A DNA stretch of 64,000 nucleotides from Camelus ferus (Eukaryota). The notes beneath the pieces are model-generated. The model did not search any database. It was given only the letters and a program-made list of their open reading frames with translations, and was not told the DNA's origin. Numbering within the stretch: position 1 is the first letter of the stretch; every line of letters begins with the position of its first letter. Where the stretch lies: contig NC_045696.1 in the NCBI RefSeq assembly GCF_009834535.1, positions 3,846,001 to 3,910,000 on the forward strand, given 5' to 3'. The position numbers and the translations under genes were made by a program. Positions 1 through 13,137 of this stretch are shown here, piece by piece.

Positions 1-600
1 AGTTTTCGTTTTACTTATTGTACTTTTCAACTCTGGAATTTCTATTTGGTTCCTTTTTATATTTTTCTTTATTGATATTCCTTATTTGGTGAGAGATTAT
101 TCTCTTGGTTTCCCTTAGTTCTTTGTTCACAGTTTTTTTTTTAACTCAGAGACTATATTGAGAGAGTTTTGTCTAGTAAGCCCAATTCCTGGGTTTCCTC
201 AAAAATGTATTCTACTAATTGCTTTTTTTACCCTGTGAATGGGCCATATTTTCTTCCTTCTTTGCATGTTTCATAATTTTTGTTGAAAAATGGACATTTT
301 GAATATTATAATGTAATAATTCTGGATATCAGATTCTCCTCCCTCCCTCTCATTTATTGTTGCTGATTGTTGTAGCTTGTAATTTATTTATAGTGACTTT
401 TCTAAACATTTAAGTTCTTCTATTTTGCTGCAGTTTGTTTTTTCTTGATGAAGAATTCTTTGGTTGTTGTAAACATTTGACTGTTTTCTGGAGTTCAGAT
501 AAAGATGATTCTAATAGTTTTGCTAATTTCCTCAGTGTTTCTGTGAAGGAGTGGGCCCTTAGATTTCTCTATTTCCTATGTTTTTTCTGACATCACTCTT
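1..600 (-). mobile_element. Old L1 (L1M-type) 5' end and start of ORF1 region, degenerate
   Basis: Reverse complement begins AAGAGTGATGTCAGAAAA... and continues with ...AATCTGATATCCAGAATT...AAATTATGAAACATGCAAAGAAGGAAGAAAATATGGCCCATTCACAGG, resembling ancient L1 5' ends; subfamily assignment from recall. Confidence 0.6.
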
Positions 601-1405
601 GGCAAGCACAATTTTGAGGGCATTGACAGGAGGGTGGAATTAAAATTACTTTGTTATTATAAGGTATTAACACTACCTGTGAGTTAGTGTAGTGTTATTT
701 GAAAGTGAACTTGGATTAACTATAAATGTATATTGCAAACTCTACGATAACCACTAAAAAGGGGGGAGGAGAAGAAGTGTAACCAATATGCTAACAAAGA
801 AGAGAAAAAGGAATCATATAAAATGCTCAGTTAAAACCACAAAAGGCAGGAAAAGAGTGGAAGATAAAAATAAAATCAAAGAACAAGGGCAATAAATGGA
901 AAATATTAACAAATAAGACATTAATCCAACTACATCAAAAATCACTTGGCACATCAGTGGTCTAAATGCACCAATTGAAAGACCAATTGTCAGAGTGCAG
1001 CAAAAAATAAGAGCCAACTCTGTGTTATCTACCAGAATCTCATTTTAAATATAAAACCACACATAGAATAAAAGGAAATGGACGGAGAAAGACATACCAT
1101 GTTACTGCTAATCAAAAGAAAGCAAGATTAGCTATAATAACTTCAAAGAAATCAGATTTCAAAGTAAGGAAAGCTATCAAAAATAAAGAAGGATATTACA
1201 TAATGATAAAAAGGCCATCTCTCCAAGTGTATATAGCAATTATTAGCATATGTGCTCCTAGCAACAGAGCATCAAAACATGTGAGACAAAAATGGATAGA
1301 ATGGCAAAGAGAAATAGATGAACCCACTATCAGAGTTGAGGATTCAACATCCTTCCATCAAAATGCACAGGTCCACAGGCAGAAAATCAGAACAGACATA
1401 GTAGG
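601..1405 (+). mobile_element. Old L1 inter-ORF region and ORF2 endonuclease remnant
   Basis: A-rich sequence with L1 EN-like text: GGTCTAAATGCACCAATTGAAAGAC, TTATCTACCAGAATCTCATTTTAAATATAAA; ORF 1203-1478 contains ICAPSNRASKHVRQKWIEWQREID, like L1 ORF2 NIYAPN..AS.YMKQ.L.EL.GEID. Confidence 0.8.
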
Positions 1406-2595
1406 TGATACAAAGATATTTACTCTTTGTGTCCACTCCCACCTGTCCATCCACATGGCTGTTCCCAAGACTTCCTAGCTGCCAATCTTCCCATCTTTCT
1501 CCTTCCGAGCCATTTGCCACTGCCTATTAATCTACGTGCACTCTACCCTCAGACCATCTGTACCTCCCAAAGTTCTGCTCATTGGGAGGATTTTCCTGAT
1601 CACTCTTTCCAGGCAATCCCTTAGGAGCACTGCCCCACCTGCCAAGCCTACTATTTATAAACCAAGCTTGTGCTTTTGCCCTCTCCAAAATCTGATTGTA
1701 AAAGATCTTCCATATGATTATAGTTGAGGGAAAGCTGCTGGTACAGCAATGGTAGGAGCCATTGGGGTCTAAGCTACCTGTTCATGCAACTTGCGTGGAT
1801 CCCCTGGCCTCAGTCTAACCATGGGCTGCTGCTGGATCCTCCCAACCTTATGATTTGGTGGGTCTGACAGAACACAGCTCAGCATGGGCAGTTTTGGTGC
1901 ATGGTGCTCAGATATTCTGTTTCTATCAGAGATGAGGACCTGCTTTTCAAAAGGTATATTCCCCCCTACTGCAGGTGGCATGGCCTTGCTCTGGAACCCC
2001 AGTGTCCTGAATTGTGAGCCTACCACTGGACCTTGTCACGAATCCATATAGTATCTTTTCCTACCACTGATAGTTTCAATACCATACAGTCTGCTGGCCC
2101 AGCAGGGCCAGCTCGCTCTGGACTTGAACCTGCTGCAGACTCCTTTTTTTAAGGGCTTTACTCAAAGCTGACAGTCTTTGCGTTACCTCATATGTGGGTC
2201 AAATTCATGTTTCCAGGTATAGAATATGTGTTATCTTCATCATACAGTGCTGCCTGTCAGGCACTGCACTTCCTTCTTAGTGGTGAAAAATACAAGACAC
2301 GGTAATTTACCCTTTACCTTGAAGGGGGTGTCCTAGCATGCCCCAGAATACTGGACTCTTGAACATTTTACTTCTGTGGCTGCTTTCTGAATCTCTGAAG
2401 AGTTTATCTCCAGTACTCTGGAACACATGTGTCTTACCAAAGCTCCCAACATACTAGCCACTTCTTGCTCATGAGGGTCCAGTAGTCTCACAGTAACGAT
2501 CCAGGGGACCAGGGTGACGTTCTGCAAGAGGTCTTGATGGTTCAGATCTGTTTTGATATGTTATGTCAGCTATAAATATATAGCTTCGCTTGTTT

Positions 2596-2643
2596 TTTTT
2601 TTATTTTTTATTGATTTATAATCATTTTACAAAGTTGTGTCTC
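2596..2643 (-). mobile_element. Very short 5'-truncated L1 3' end with perfect TSD
   Basis: poly(T) + ATTGATTTATAATCATTTTACAAAGTTGTGTC flanked by CTTCGCTTGTTT at 2584-2595 and 2644-2655. Confidence 0.8.
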
Positions 2644-2710
2644 CTTCGCTTGTTTGATATGGATGTGAACTCTTTACGATCCTCTCCTATGATAGGGATG
2701 GAAAAGTATA

Positions 2711-3181
2711 TGTCGACTAAAAAAAGGCACAACCAGAAGTTGAGAGTTATGTTTTATTCAGCAGATTTTCTGAGAACTCGAGCCCCAAAATTGACCTCTC
2801 AGATCACTATAATAGACTGCTCCAAAGAGGCAAAGGAGGAGCCAGGATGTATAAGAGTTTTTGCAACAAAGACCAAATAGTTGGAACATCAAAAGATAAT
2901 TGTTAATTAAAGAAAGCCAGACCTCTCAAGTGAAGGAATTTAGCGCTTTCGAGACGTGAGAAGGTGCAAAAGTCTGGGCTCACTGAAATCACTCCTTTGA
3001 TGAGCACCTTAGCTGTCTAGGGCCAGTGTCCTGTTCTTTTCCACCCTGAGTTCCCCAGGGTGCACTGCTGGGGGTGGCTGCAGAGGCCAGACTCACAGTC
3101 AGCGGTGGCTGCAGTGTCTGATGACTTGATGGCCACCACATCCTTTGTTTACTGATCCGGCTGCAGTATTTCTCATTTACA
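2711..3181 (-). mobile_element. ERV1-type solo LTR (family A, copy 1) inserted in ERVL pol
   Basis: TG...CA termini; reverse complement collinear with 25949-26385 (CAGTAAACAAAGGATG...GGACACTGGCCC...AATAAAAC-TAACTCTCAACTT...GTCGACA); TSD not cleanly resolved. Confidence 0.85.
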
Positions 3182-4329
3182 CATGCGCTCACCAAATCGG
3201 CAGGTGCTTACTGTGCATTGAATCCTGGGTGAGTCCTGGGTGAGGCTGCTCCAGCAAATACGGCACGTCTGTCACAGCAGCTGCAGCTGGGGCTGCTCCT
3301 TGGCTGAGTTTGCAGTAGTTCACCGTCATTTTCAGGATCTGTCTGGGTGTTTCAGGGGCCGCACTGGTGAAAGGAGATGTTATGGGAACCACCCCAACAT
3401 CCTCCTGGTCTTTAAAGCAGCACTAATTTCAGTCATTATTCCCAGGTTGCAAGGCTGATTCTGAGTCAGTATCTTGACCTGTGGTGGGGGAGGGAGGGGG
3501 AAAGCAGATTCAGAGGCTTCACCTCCACCTCTCTTAATATGATCATTCCTTCCAAAGCCTAGAAATCAATGTGGGGGGTCTTTTAAACACCAAGGACATC
3601 CATTCCCACTATACATCCAGGGACACAGGAATGACCACTGGGATGGTCTGTGGGCCCAGTGGACTCACTCTGGGCTGAGTGTTGGCTACACTAAATACCT
3701 TCCCCATGTTGACAGGGAGCCCATAATGGTGTTTCAGGACTTGAACTCTGTGCTCAGCAGTCCTTGAGATGCTGGGGCAGTTCCCTTCCTCAGTGAGCTG
3801 CTGCACGAGTCAGTGCCTGGGGGGAAGGGCTGGGGTGGCTATTACCACATACTTGTGTCTTGACTGTAGGAGTCTTCCTTCTGGGGTGGGAGCATTTACA
3901 TCAAGGAAATGGGCAAACACCGCAAACCACGACCTTTTTTTGGAAAGCCGGTTTACTAGCCTATCACTGCATTTCCTTCAAAATCTGTCAAAACAAAACA
4001 AAACACCTTCTCCCAAACCCTAAAATAACAGAAGTCAAAGCTTGTCAATCAGGAAGGGGAGGGCAATCGCCTCAATAGAAATCTGACCTCTTGCTTAGTT
4101 CCTGGACCGGAGCCAGTCCTCCGCCTGCAGCATCTTGACTATGTCTGATGAGAAGTTGTCAGCAGTGTAACAGCCAGCTTGCAGACATTCAATGCTTGAC
4201 TCCTGCAACGTAGCACAGGTCAACTCCGGGCGGCTCCAGCAACCTGGCTGGCTGTCCAGCACTTCCCCGGAGGGAACCTGTGTTCTAAGAACCACTTCCA
4301 GCTACTCCCTGTAAGATTTCGTTCACTGA

Positions 4330-5195
4330 GGTCTGCCTTTCACCGCAGTTCCCTCTACCTAATTTTAAAAAATTTCCTCTATGAGTAATAGTTTCATTAG
4401 GTTTTGGTTTATCCTTTTCTTGTTTCTTTAATGCAACCAAAAATCCGTGTGTGTTTATTCCCCCTTTTCACACAAAAGGCAGCGTATTAGACACACTGGT
4501 CGGTACCTTGCCTTTCTCCTTCCCCATATACCCTGGGGACCACTCCGCAGCGGTATACGGAGACCCCCTCACTGCTTTTTAAGGCTGTGTGGCTCTCCGT
4601 ATGTGAACATAACACAGTTTTATTGATGGAAAGCTGATTTTCCTCCGGTACTTGGCTGTTCTGAATAACTCAGCTACGAGCAGACATCGTTTACTGACTT
4701 TGCTGGTGTATCTTTGCAATGAATTTCTACAATTTGTTTTATTATTTATTGTTTATCTCTGGACCAAGAAGTAATTTTCCCTGATCCTGTCAAACTCCCC
4801 CGTGTACTGGGTTGCTCCATTTTGCACTCCTGTAGGGCATGAGAAGGCCAATTTTTTTTTGTCCAGTTTTTCCAACTGCACATGTCATCAAGATTTTGAC
4901 TTTTTGTCATTCTGGCAGCTGGGAAACAGTATCTTTTGTAGCTTTTAAAATATTTACCTTCCTCTTAACATGAGTTTGAGCATCTTCTTGTATGTTCAAA
5001 CCCACGTGCGTGTCTTTTTCTGTGAATTGCTGTTCATGTCTCCCGCCCATTTAAAGTCTTGATGTGCTGGTCTTTCCCTTCCCTGACTTCTGGCAGCTCT
5101 TAAATATTAGTGATGAAACACATTTTCTGTGGTACAAGTTGTAAACATCTTTTCCTAACTTGTTTTTTGTCTTATACTTTCCTTATGGCATTATT
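4330..5195 (-). mobile_element. Ancient L1 (L1ME-like) 3' region
   Basis: T-rich degenerate L1 ORF2-end/3'UTR text (CTCCATTTTGCACTCC, GAGTTTGAGCATCTTCTTGTATGTT, TGTTCATGTCTCCCGCCCATTT). Confidence 0.55.
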
Positions 5196-5198
5196 CTT

Positions 5199-5243
<45 letters not shown>
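5199..5243. repeat. (CTAT)n tetranucleotide microsatellite
   Basis: About 11 perfect CTAT units. Confidence 0.95.
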
Positions 5244-5244
<1 letters not shown>

Positions 5245-6374
5245 ACTTACCATCTTTCTATTTTAATGTAGAGCAAAGGGAACAAAAGATAGTTGAGGAA
5301 TTCTACAGCTCACTGATGGTTCTGTCTCTCTTATTTTAATTCAAGTTTCTTTACTGTGCAATCAAATCCAGTTCTCGGCCGTTGGCTGTAGAGAAAAAAT
5401 AAGTGCTCACTGAATGGAAAAATGCATAAAATGCTTTATTCCAGTTGGAGAGCCTGTTTCTAGTTCCCATAAGTGTCACCTTAGAGATCTCAATCGCCTT
5501 CACCTGTACAAGGGGGTAATGATGCCTGTTGGGCCAACACCGTGGGGCTGTGCCCAGATGCTCTCAGACCCCATCCCCCACACCCGTGCGCCTCCTGGCT
5601 TCTATGTGGGTTTGCCTGGGACAACCCTCACCTGCAGGTCTCCTTGGAGGACCTCCTGGAGGAGTCACTTTGCCACACATCTTAGCAAGTCTGCAGTGCG
5701 TGGGGATTTCCATCCTCCCGGGCCCCACTTCCACCAGCCCAGGATGACAGGTGCACCCCCAGCTTCCGTTCTCTGAGACGTGACATACGCACACTCGGTG
5801 CCCCCCTGGGATCAAGCTGGTACTTGGCCTTCTTCCGGTTCCTGAGCTGGTTGTCCGTCCCGGTCCCTTACCAGGCTCTCCTGGAAGCACTTACTGAGTG
5901 CACGACTTGTGCTCCTGGGGAACCTGCCTCACCGCCGGGCCGTGAGGATGGTGACGTGACAGTGTGCGAAGAGCTCTGTGTACAGGTGACCGGGCACCCC
6001 TACCACCACAGCCGAGCTGCAGTCAGTGTGACGGCTGCCCGGCACTGCTGCCCCTGCCCGGGCCTGTCCCCGCCTCACCTCCCTGCCCACGCCTGAGCGC
6101 CGAGGACCTTCCATGATGCCACCTCCCGGCCCCTCCTTGCATTCAGAGCCTCACTCTTCGAGGCTCAAATAACTTCACCTTCCTTTCAAATCCTTCCTCA
6201 ATCCGCCTCCGCCCAGCTGGTGTTTCTCCCCTCTGAATTCCCATGAAGCGTCTCCCCTGGGCCGAACTGTGTAGTTCTTAAGTACAGACTATCTTGGTTT
6301 TTAATCTATTTCAGGTATAGAAGTCTGGTCTCTCTAACATGACAGCACACATCCTGTCAAGATGCTTAACTGCT

Positions 6375-6541
6375 GTACCTCCCGGACTCACAGCCACATT
6401 TTAACATCTCTGAAATGGGGAGACATTTTCTAAATGATGGCATAGCGTAGTTCAGGTGGCAGCCACTACTTTTGGTTAGATGTTCATAAAATGATAGAGT
6501 ATCTTACTGTGCGTGAGGTCTTTAGTCTTGAGAAAACATGG
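6375..6541. mobile_element. MER104-like (Tc2/Kanga) non-autonomous DNA transposon
   Basis: CACATTTTAACATCTCTGAAATGGGG...CTTTAGTCTTGAGAAAACATGG resembles the recalled MER104 consensus. Confidence 0.55.
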
Positions 6542-8119
6542 CCTGTCTAGGCCGTGTGTGTGCACACGTGTGTGTGTGTTCCTTAGTACTTTGCCCCAAA
6601 TGGGTCCAGTCTGAGCATTAAACACCCTGTGATGTGAATTATCTGAAAGCCTCAGGTAAAAGAAGGTGCCTAAGTGATTGTAGCCTCATCAGATCACTTT
6701 TTGAGTTTCAAAAGCAAGAGCAAGCCCTTCAAAGCCAAACGCATGTCCTTAAGTCAAATAGAAAAAGGATATCCCAAAGGAGGAAGCATTGGGCACTAAC
6801 TGTATACAAGCACCATGTCTCGAGACAGAGGTACAAAATTAACAGCCTGGCCCTGAGTCCTCGGAGCGTGCAGCCGGAGAGCTGGCCCGGATCAGGACAG
6901 AGGAGCCAGCGCCGGAAAGGCGCGAGCCCCGGCCTCTCGGCTCCATCTCCCAGCCCGGCAACGTGCATGAGCAGTCGGAGCTGTCTACAGGGGTAGTAGC
7001 AACAGGAGTTCTATTGTTGACAATTATGGGGGCAGACGAGCCGGCTCCTCACTGCTGGATTTGCGGTGCCAGGGTGGGGAGCAGGGCGGGGAGGACAGAG
7101 CAGGGAGTCAAAGGTTTCTGTTGGGTTCCCCACCCCCAAATCCCCGGAGCCCAGCCTTACACAACCAGTGGGGCTCAGATTTCTCTGGGCGGCCAGCCCT
7201 CTGGGAAGCCTGGCGGGAGCAGCTCTTCCTGAAGGAGGCAGTGGGAGGGTCCCCGCATGGCCTCTGTCCTGTGTCCGGCTGCGGGGTCAGTGGATGGAAT
7301 GCAGCCGGGTGGGTCTGGCCCCAGGCTGAGGATTTGCAGAGCAAGGGCCACGAGGAGGGAACCGTTCTCATTTCTCAGGAGTCTCACCCAGCAAATCGGG
7401 TCAAAGGCTTCACGTGTCCACCCTCAGGAGTCCGGAGCCTCCGGGGCCCCGGCCAGGGCGTTCTTTCCTGGGTACGTGCTGGTCCCTGAGCTGACCCAGC
7501 AGACCTGGGAGCGAGGCTAACTCACCTGGAATGTAAATATTTGTGCTCAGGTGCTGAGTTCATACCAACATCAGTGATACTCGGTGTGCGTTCTTGTAAA
7601 ACAGGAAGAAAACCAAAACACTTCTCGGGTAAAACCCAGCTCTGTTTCACGTGGGGACACCCGCTCCCACCTCCAACAACAGATGATTATCTCATCAGAG
7701 AGAGAAGAGTTTTCCAGTGAAATCTTCCTGCCCTTTCCACCTCCATGTACTGGCAATCTTGCCGCCCTCAGCCGGGCAAAGAGAAGGATAGATCAGGAGG
7801 GAGGCCTAATTTAGAGTAAAAACAAAAGGGAATCAATCAAACAAACAAAAACTGGGGTCCAGAGAAGCCGAGCTTCTGCCTTTATGTTGCCTAACATGTT
7901 AGCAGACCACCCCCCACCCAGGACTCCAAGATCGCCCAGGGCGCTCGGTCACAGCGCAGGGCTCTGGGACGCACAGAACCCGGACACTCAGCCTCAGCAG
8001 GGGAAGCTGGCCCAGGAAGCCGGTCAGTGGTCACCTCCTGTGTCTTTACAGCAGGGCCTTCAGCCCTGGTCTCTTCTGATCAGATGACAAAGCCTCCGTG
8101 TAAACTCAGGTGCATCCTA

Positions 8120-8590
8120 GGAGCGTTCCCCTGCAAATCACATGCTCCCTGACCAACCCAGGTTTCATAATGTCTTTGTCTCCTGTTATAAGAAGTCACA
8201 TGGGAGGCCCTCCATTTGGGCAGTGACCCAGTGATGCCATCAGGGACCCTTGCCTTTTTCATGTCTCTGCTCCACCCTCTTCAGGTTGGCTTTCATCCCC
8301 CAGGATATTGCTTCATGATTGTATGGTGGCTGCTACAGCTCCGGGCATTGCTTCTGCAGTTCAAGGAGGAAGAAAGAATGGGAGAAGGAAGAGTGGTGCC
8401 TGTTGCCGGGAAGTAAAAGCTTTCTCAGAAGTCCCAGCAGATTGCTGTTTATGTCTTGTTTGCCAGAAGAGTTAGGTGACCACCCTTAGCTTCAGGTGAG
8501 TCTGAAAAGGTGAGTACTTTTGCGGCACGTGTTACCTGCCTGGACATAACTGGAGTTCTGTTAGGATGCGGGGAAATGGATACTGGGTTG
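8120..8590. mobile_element. Old MaLR LTR (MLT1J/K-like)
   Basis: TTTCTCAGAAGTCCCAGCAGA...TTTGCCAGAAGAGTTAGGTGACCACCCTTAGCTTCAGG, typical of MLT1J/K-class LTRs. Confidence 0.5.
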
Positions 8591-11500
8591 GCGATTAATG
8601 GTGCCTGCCCCTGTGGGTCAGTGAGGACACCAGGATCCCTCCCCGGCGGTGAGGTGTGCGCTTTAAGAAGCTGTCAATTCCTTGTGGGGAGGGACTGGCA
8701 CGTACCATCCAGCCCTGTTTTCTCTGTGTCTGGCAAAAATTATAGTCTTAATTGCTAAACTCTCCCACTCTTCAGGGACTGTTAAGAGAACTTTTGCTTT
8801 AAAGAACTGAGAATGTCAGACACTGGTGTCTTTTGGCAAAATTAGGTTCTGTCCAGCCCAGCTGGAGAATTCCACGTGCTGGGAACAGAAGACACAGGAG
8901 GGCGTGAGGCTCTACAAGGCAAAAGGAAGAGATGGGGCTTCTTTAGCATGTGAGTTCCCCTTGATGGGGAAGAGGGTACCAGGGCCCCCCAGGGTCCCCC
9001 GCCCCACATGCCCAGGTCTCACCCTGCTTAACCCTGATTTCAGACCAGGCCCTGTGGCTTTAACCACAGTCAGTGGGAAAACCACGCCCCTCACAGTGAG
9101 GACATTCTGGATCCAACTTCCCTGACCCAACTCTATCCCTGAAGAGGAAACCTGAATCCCAGGTTGTTGAAAACTTACAGTGAAATTTGGCAAATGCTGA
9201 CACAGCCCTGGTGACACGCAACACTGCACTGGGCGACCCGCCTGCAGCCCGGAGGAAACTGAGGCTCTTACTGATCTTGGCAGCCCCCCGAGTCCCCAGT
9301 TTGCACCCACACACGTTCTCCCAGACAGGACTTGCGCGGGACTGTGGTCCACATCTCCTGGGGTGTGGTCCCTGCTCCCATCCACTTCTGTGGGCTCTGT
9401 GTTTGGGTGACTTGGCTACTTGGCTGGTTCTCCAACACAGCATCCTCTGGTCACCATCATAAAAGCAAAGGGACAGACAGACAGGCAGACAGAGATAGAG
9501 ACAGAGAGATGGGGAGAGACACACAGACAGAAAGAAAGGAGAGGGAGCGTACTCTTCCTCCTGTGGACCAGGTGCTCTGCTCCCCCACTCCTGTGTGTGC
9601 TGCCCAGCGCCTGCCGCAGACGCGGGGCTGCTGCTCCCTGATGGGTTCAGAAGTGCGATTCCAGCTGCCAGGGGACAGCCATCTGCTGTGCTCCATGACT
9701 CCCAGGGATTCCCAGGGGGCACGGCCTCTCAGGCGTGGGGAAAGCTCCCTCCCCGGCACGTCAGAAGGCCCAGGTACCTCCTCTTACAGCGAGACATGAG
9801 GCTGGGCTTCGACCCAAAGTCCACATGAAGAATGGCCTAGTGGTTATGAATTCACATGAAAGACATTTTTCCCTCTACCCAGAACCAGCCCACAGCAGGG
9901 GCCTTTGCCGGCCGTCCCCTTCCCACGGTGGGTGGATTGCTCGTGCACCTGAGGGCACAGCCTTTCCAGACAGCAGCCTTCCGCACAGGCCTCCCACAGC
10001 CTCCCCCCTTGGAGGACTCACCACTCTTTCTCCTGCCTTCCGGCTCCACGTTGCTCCACCTGCACGTAAACACAGAGAGTTCCCGTCCCCACTGGGAAGG
10101 ACAGTCCCCAGGGCTGCAGGAGAGACACCATCTCCCACTGGGCTTGGATGCCCCCAGGGTGTGTGTCTATGATTAATGTGCTCCAGGGCCAGAGTGACCT
10201 GGCCACCCCTCTGTTGTCCCGGTGACCATTAGGCTTAATTTAGGAGAGGGGAGTGGATGACGCCCGGGTGCTCTGGGAGGAGGTGATGAGTAGAGTGTTT
10301 GGGTAACCCACCTGTGCTCCGAGCGGGGACCTCGGGAGGAGGATGGCCAAGGAGGAGCTGAGGGGGGTTCTCCCTGCAGTCAGCGCCTCCGGGAGCCTCC
10401 TGGGTGCAGCTGCCCCGCCAGCTCCCTGGCCCCTTTCCACCTGCGTCTCTCCTCTTGCCACTTCTGGGGCCCCTCTGTTCAGTGTCGCTCATCACAGGTG
10501 GGGCCCAGGGGTGGGGTCTGCACTTGGGAGGGGAAAGGGAGCAGCCCAGGGCCCGCCTAGAGGAACCCATCCCCTGGGTTTCACCTGCACCCTGGGAACC
10601 AGCAGTTCTGGAATTAACCTCTCCGCTCAGGTGCTGACTGGTTCCGTGACGTTATGGTCCAGGGGTGTTTGCTCAGTTCATTCCATAAAATGAAAATAGC
10701 ACTCCCATCTACTTTACGAGAACGGTGTGAAATGAATCCAGCATTTTAAAGCGCTGTAAAATATGCTGGAGCCCGGCTACAATTAAAATGCTATTCAGAG
10801 TAATGTCAGCTGGATCCGCCCAGAGAGGGCTGAGGCCAGAGGGCACCCCCATCCCTCGGTGGCTCCCTCCCCAGCCCTGCTTCCCCCCCACCCCTCCCCC
10901 CACCGGCCTGGAGGAAGGCCACCCGTCCATCTGCCCGGCTTCTGTCCTCCTCCTGGAAGGCCACCCACCAGTCTCTGTCTCCTCTGGTCCTGTACTGTCA
11001 TCCAGGCTTTTCTGGTCTCATCAACATTTACAACTGGCTTATGGGGCCCATGGCTTCGGAGTGCTTCAGAACCACAGTTTGTACCCTAAATCTGGACCTG
11101 CTGCTGTAGAAAGATGGGGTCAACATGTCCATGTAGTGTTTGCTCTCGAAGCTGAGTTCAAGGCAATTGACAGTGAACTTAGGAGGATGCGGGCGGGTAG
11201 CAGGGTCTGTGACTGGGTCTGGGAAGCAGAACCTGGGGCTGGGCTGGCCCCAGGAGGGAGGCCTCGGTCTGGGGGACTAGACTTCCCCGCGGGAGCCCCC
11301 ACAGAGAAGTGGAGGTCCAGCCTGCAGTGGCCGCACAGGCGGTTCCTGCAGGGCCGGGAAACGCCAGTGCGCGGTCTCTGCACAACACTGTGCTGATCCT
11401 GAAATGAACACACACTCCCTGGAGGTGGCTCAAGCCCCCAGGGCAGGTCACTTTCTTGGTTCACTGTGACATCCTGGTCCCAAACAGCAACTGCTGAGAT

Positions 11501-13137
11501 CCCTTGGCCGCTCGGCCCGAGGAGATGGAATCCAGGGCCAAGGCCACGGGTACCAGAGGGGCCCTGGCCGCAGGTGTGCTCTTCTCCCTCCAGGGGGAGG
11601 CCCTCAGAGAGGGCCTATCTCAGGCATAAGCGGAGACTCTTGGGGTCCCCAGAGGGACTGCTGCACACACACCATGGCCCATGGGCCGGCAGCTCACTGT
11701 CATCCGTCCCAGAGGAGGGATTAGGCAGGTGAGAGTCGATCCTAAAGCCAAATTAGGTGTTTCTGTGGCTCTTAGGTACCAGATTTCTTCTCTGGGGCTT
11801 ACAAGGGAGGCAAGGCCAATCCAGCAAAGATGGCAAAGTGAACACAGATTGTCTTCAGGACCCTTCCATTCCCTCCTGGCACTTTAAATCCCTCAGCCTT
11901 TGGAACCCAGGTTCTCCCCCAAACCTTCTTTTTTCTATACAGCCAGTGGGGTAGGAGGAGGGCAAGCTATTACTAATTCTCACTTAAGTGTAAAGGACTG
12001 ATAAGGATTGTCATAAGAGAATCCCCTTTAACAGAGAAACTCATCTCTAAAAGTGGCCCCCAGGCTATTATTGGCCCTCACTCATTCCTCCACGGTCATT
12101 CATTTAATTTCACTGAAGAAGCAGACGAAATCCCCTCCCCTATGTGGCAGGACCCAGGACATGCTTTACCTCCGTGTGGGCCCCTGCCCCCACAAGGGTT
12201 CCCAAGGCTGAGGTCCTGCTAGCTCTGAGAGAGCCCCACTTAGATAACTGAGTAGAAAACAGGGGACAGCTAGAGGGCTGTCCTTTCCTCCCAGGAAAAG
12301 GCCAGAAGGGCTCCCTTGCCCCTTTGCAGTTCAGGTTACAAATCAGGATTCAGGGAGTTCAGAGGGAAGCCAACGGTAGGGCAGCTATTGGGATAACTCA
12401 GCCACAGCCAGATCTAATTTAAGGAAAAGCTGGGGGATCTTTAGCTCAGTGGCGAAGAGCTCCTGGAATTCGGGCTCCCACACGCACCAGCCACTGGCCT
12501 TTGGGCAACGTGTTTACTACCCCTAAGCCTCAGCTTCCTTATTCATAAAACGGGCTGGTGGCAGCCCCTGAGGTTTGCTGTGGACACTCACTGTGGTAAA
12601 CGTATCAAGCACTTAGGACGGCGCGTCCTTCGTCTGGCCTCTGCATGGGCCGTGCTGCTCACCTGGGCAGGGACAGGTGTAGAGAGAACGCTGCAGACAG
12701 ATGTCATCTGGCCCCACGGACCACCCACAAAGGGTGTGGGTGCTGTGAAAGCATGAACCCTGGAGATGTGAGCCCCTCTGGAGGTCAGGGAAAGATTCCC
12801 CAAGGGACGAGGGCTTTGAGGCCAGAGCTCAGGTTGATTCAGCCGTGTCAATGAGGTGAAGCAGTGGGAAGAGTGTCCAGGTAGAAGCAACAGCACGTGT
12901 GGGACTCCTGAGGCGAGAGAGAGCGTGCAGTGAGCGTGAGGGGAGGGGAGGAGCAGGGAGAGGGCGCACGGGCTAGGGGGTGGAGCAGCTTCCTTCGGGG
13001 GTTTGTCCTCGTTCTAAACCACTGGTTTTATCAGGAAGGGGACATGCTCAGACATCAGAGTCTCTTCATTTTCTCCTCTTTCCCCATATGACTGCATGCA
13101 TTAAATCTAAATGTCACCCTAAAATCGATATTTTCTC

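Larger units (their letters stand above)
1740..4300 (-). mobile_element. ERVL-class endogenous retrovirus internal region (pol RT/RNaseH remnant), pseudogenised and interrupted
   Basis: Minus-strand peptides resemble ERVL Pol: VPITSPF...MTVNYCKLSQ...AAAVTDVPYLLEQ (3189-3392), PHEQEVASMLGALVRHMCSRVLEINSSEIQ...VKCSRVQYSGAC (2333-2527), LGFQSKAMP...PFEKQVL...LPMLSCVLSDPPNHKVGRIQQQ (1769-2026); many stops and frameshifts; outer boundaries approximate. Confidence 0.85.

Noticed and set aside
1740..4300. Domesticated or intact retroviral pol
   Set aside because: Fragmented by stops, frameshifts and two insertions; the RT catalytic YxDD motif is not intact
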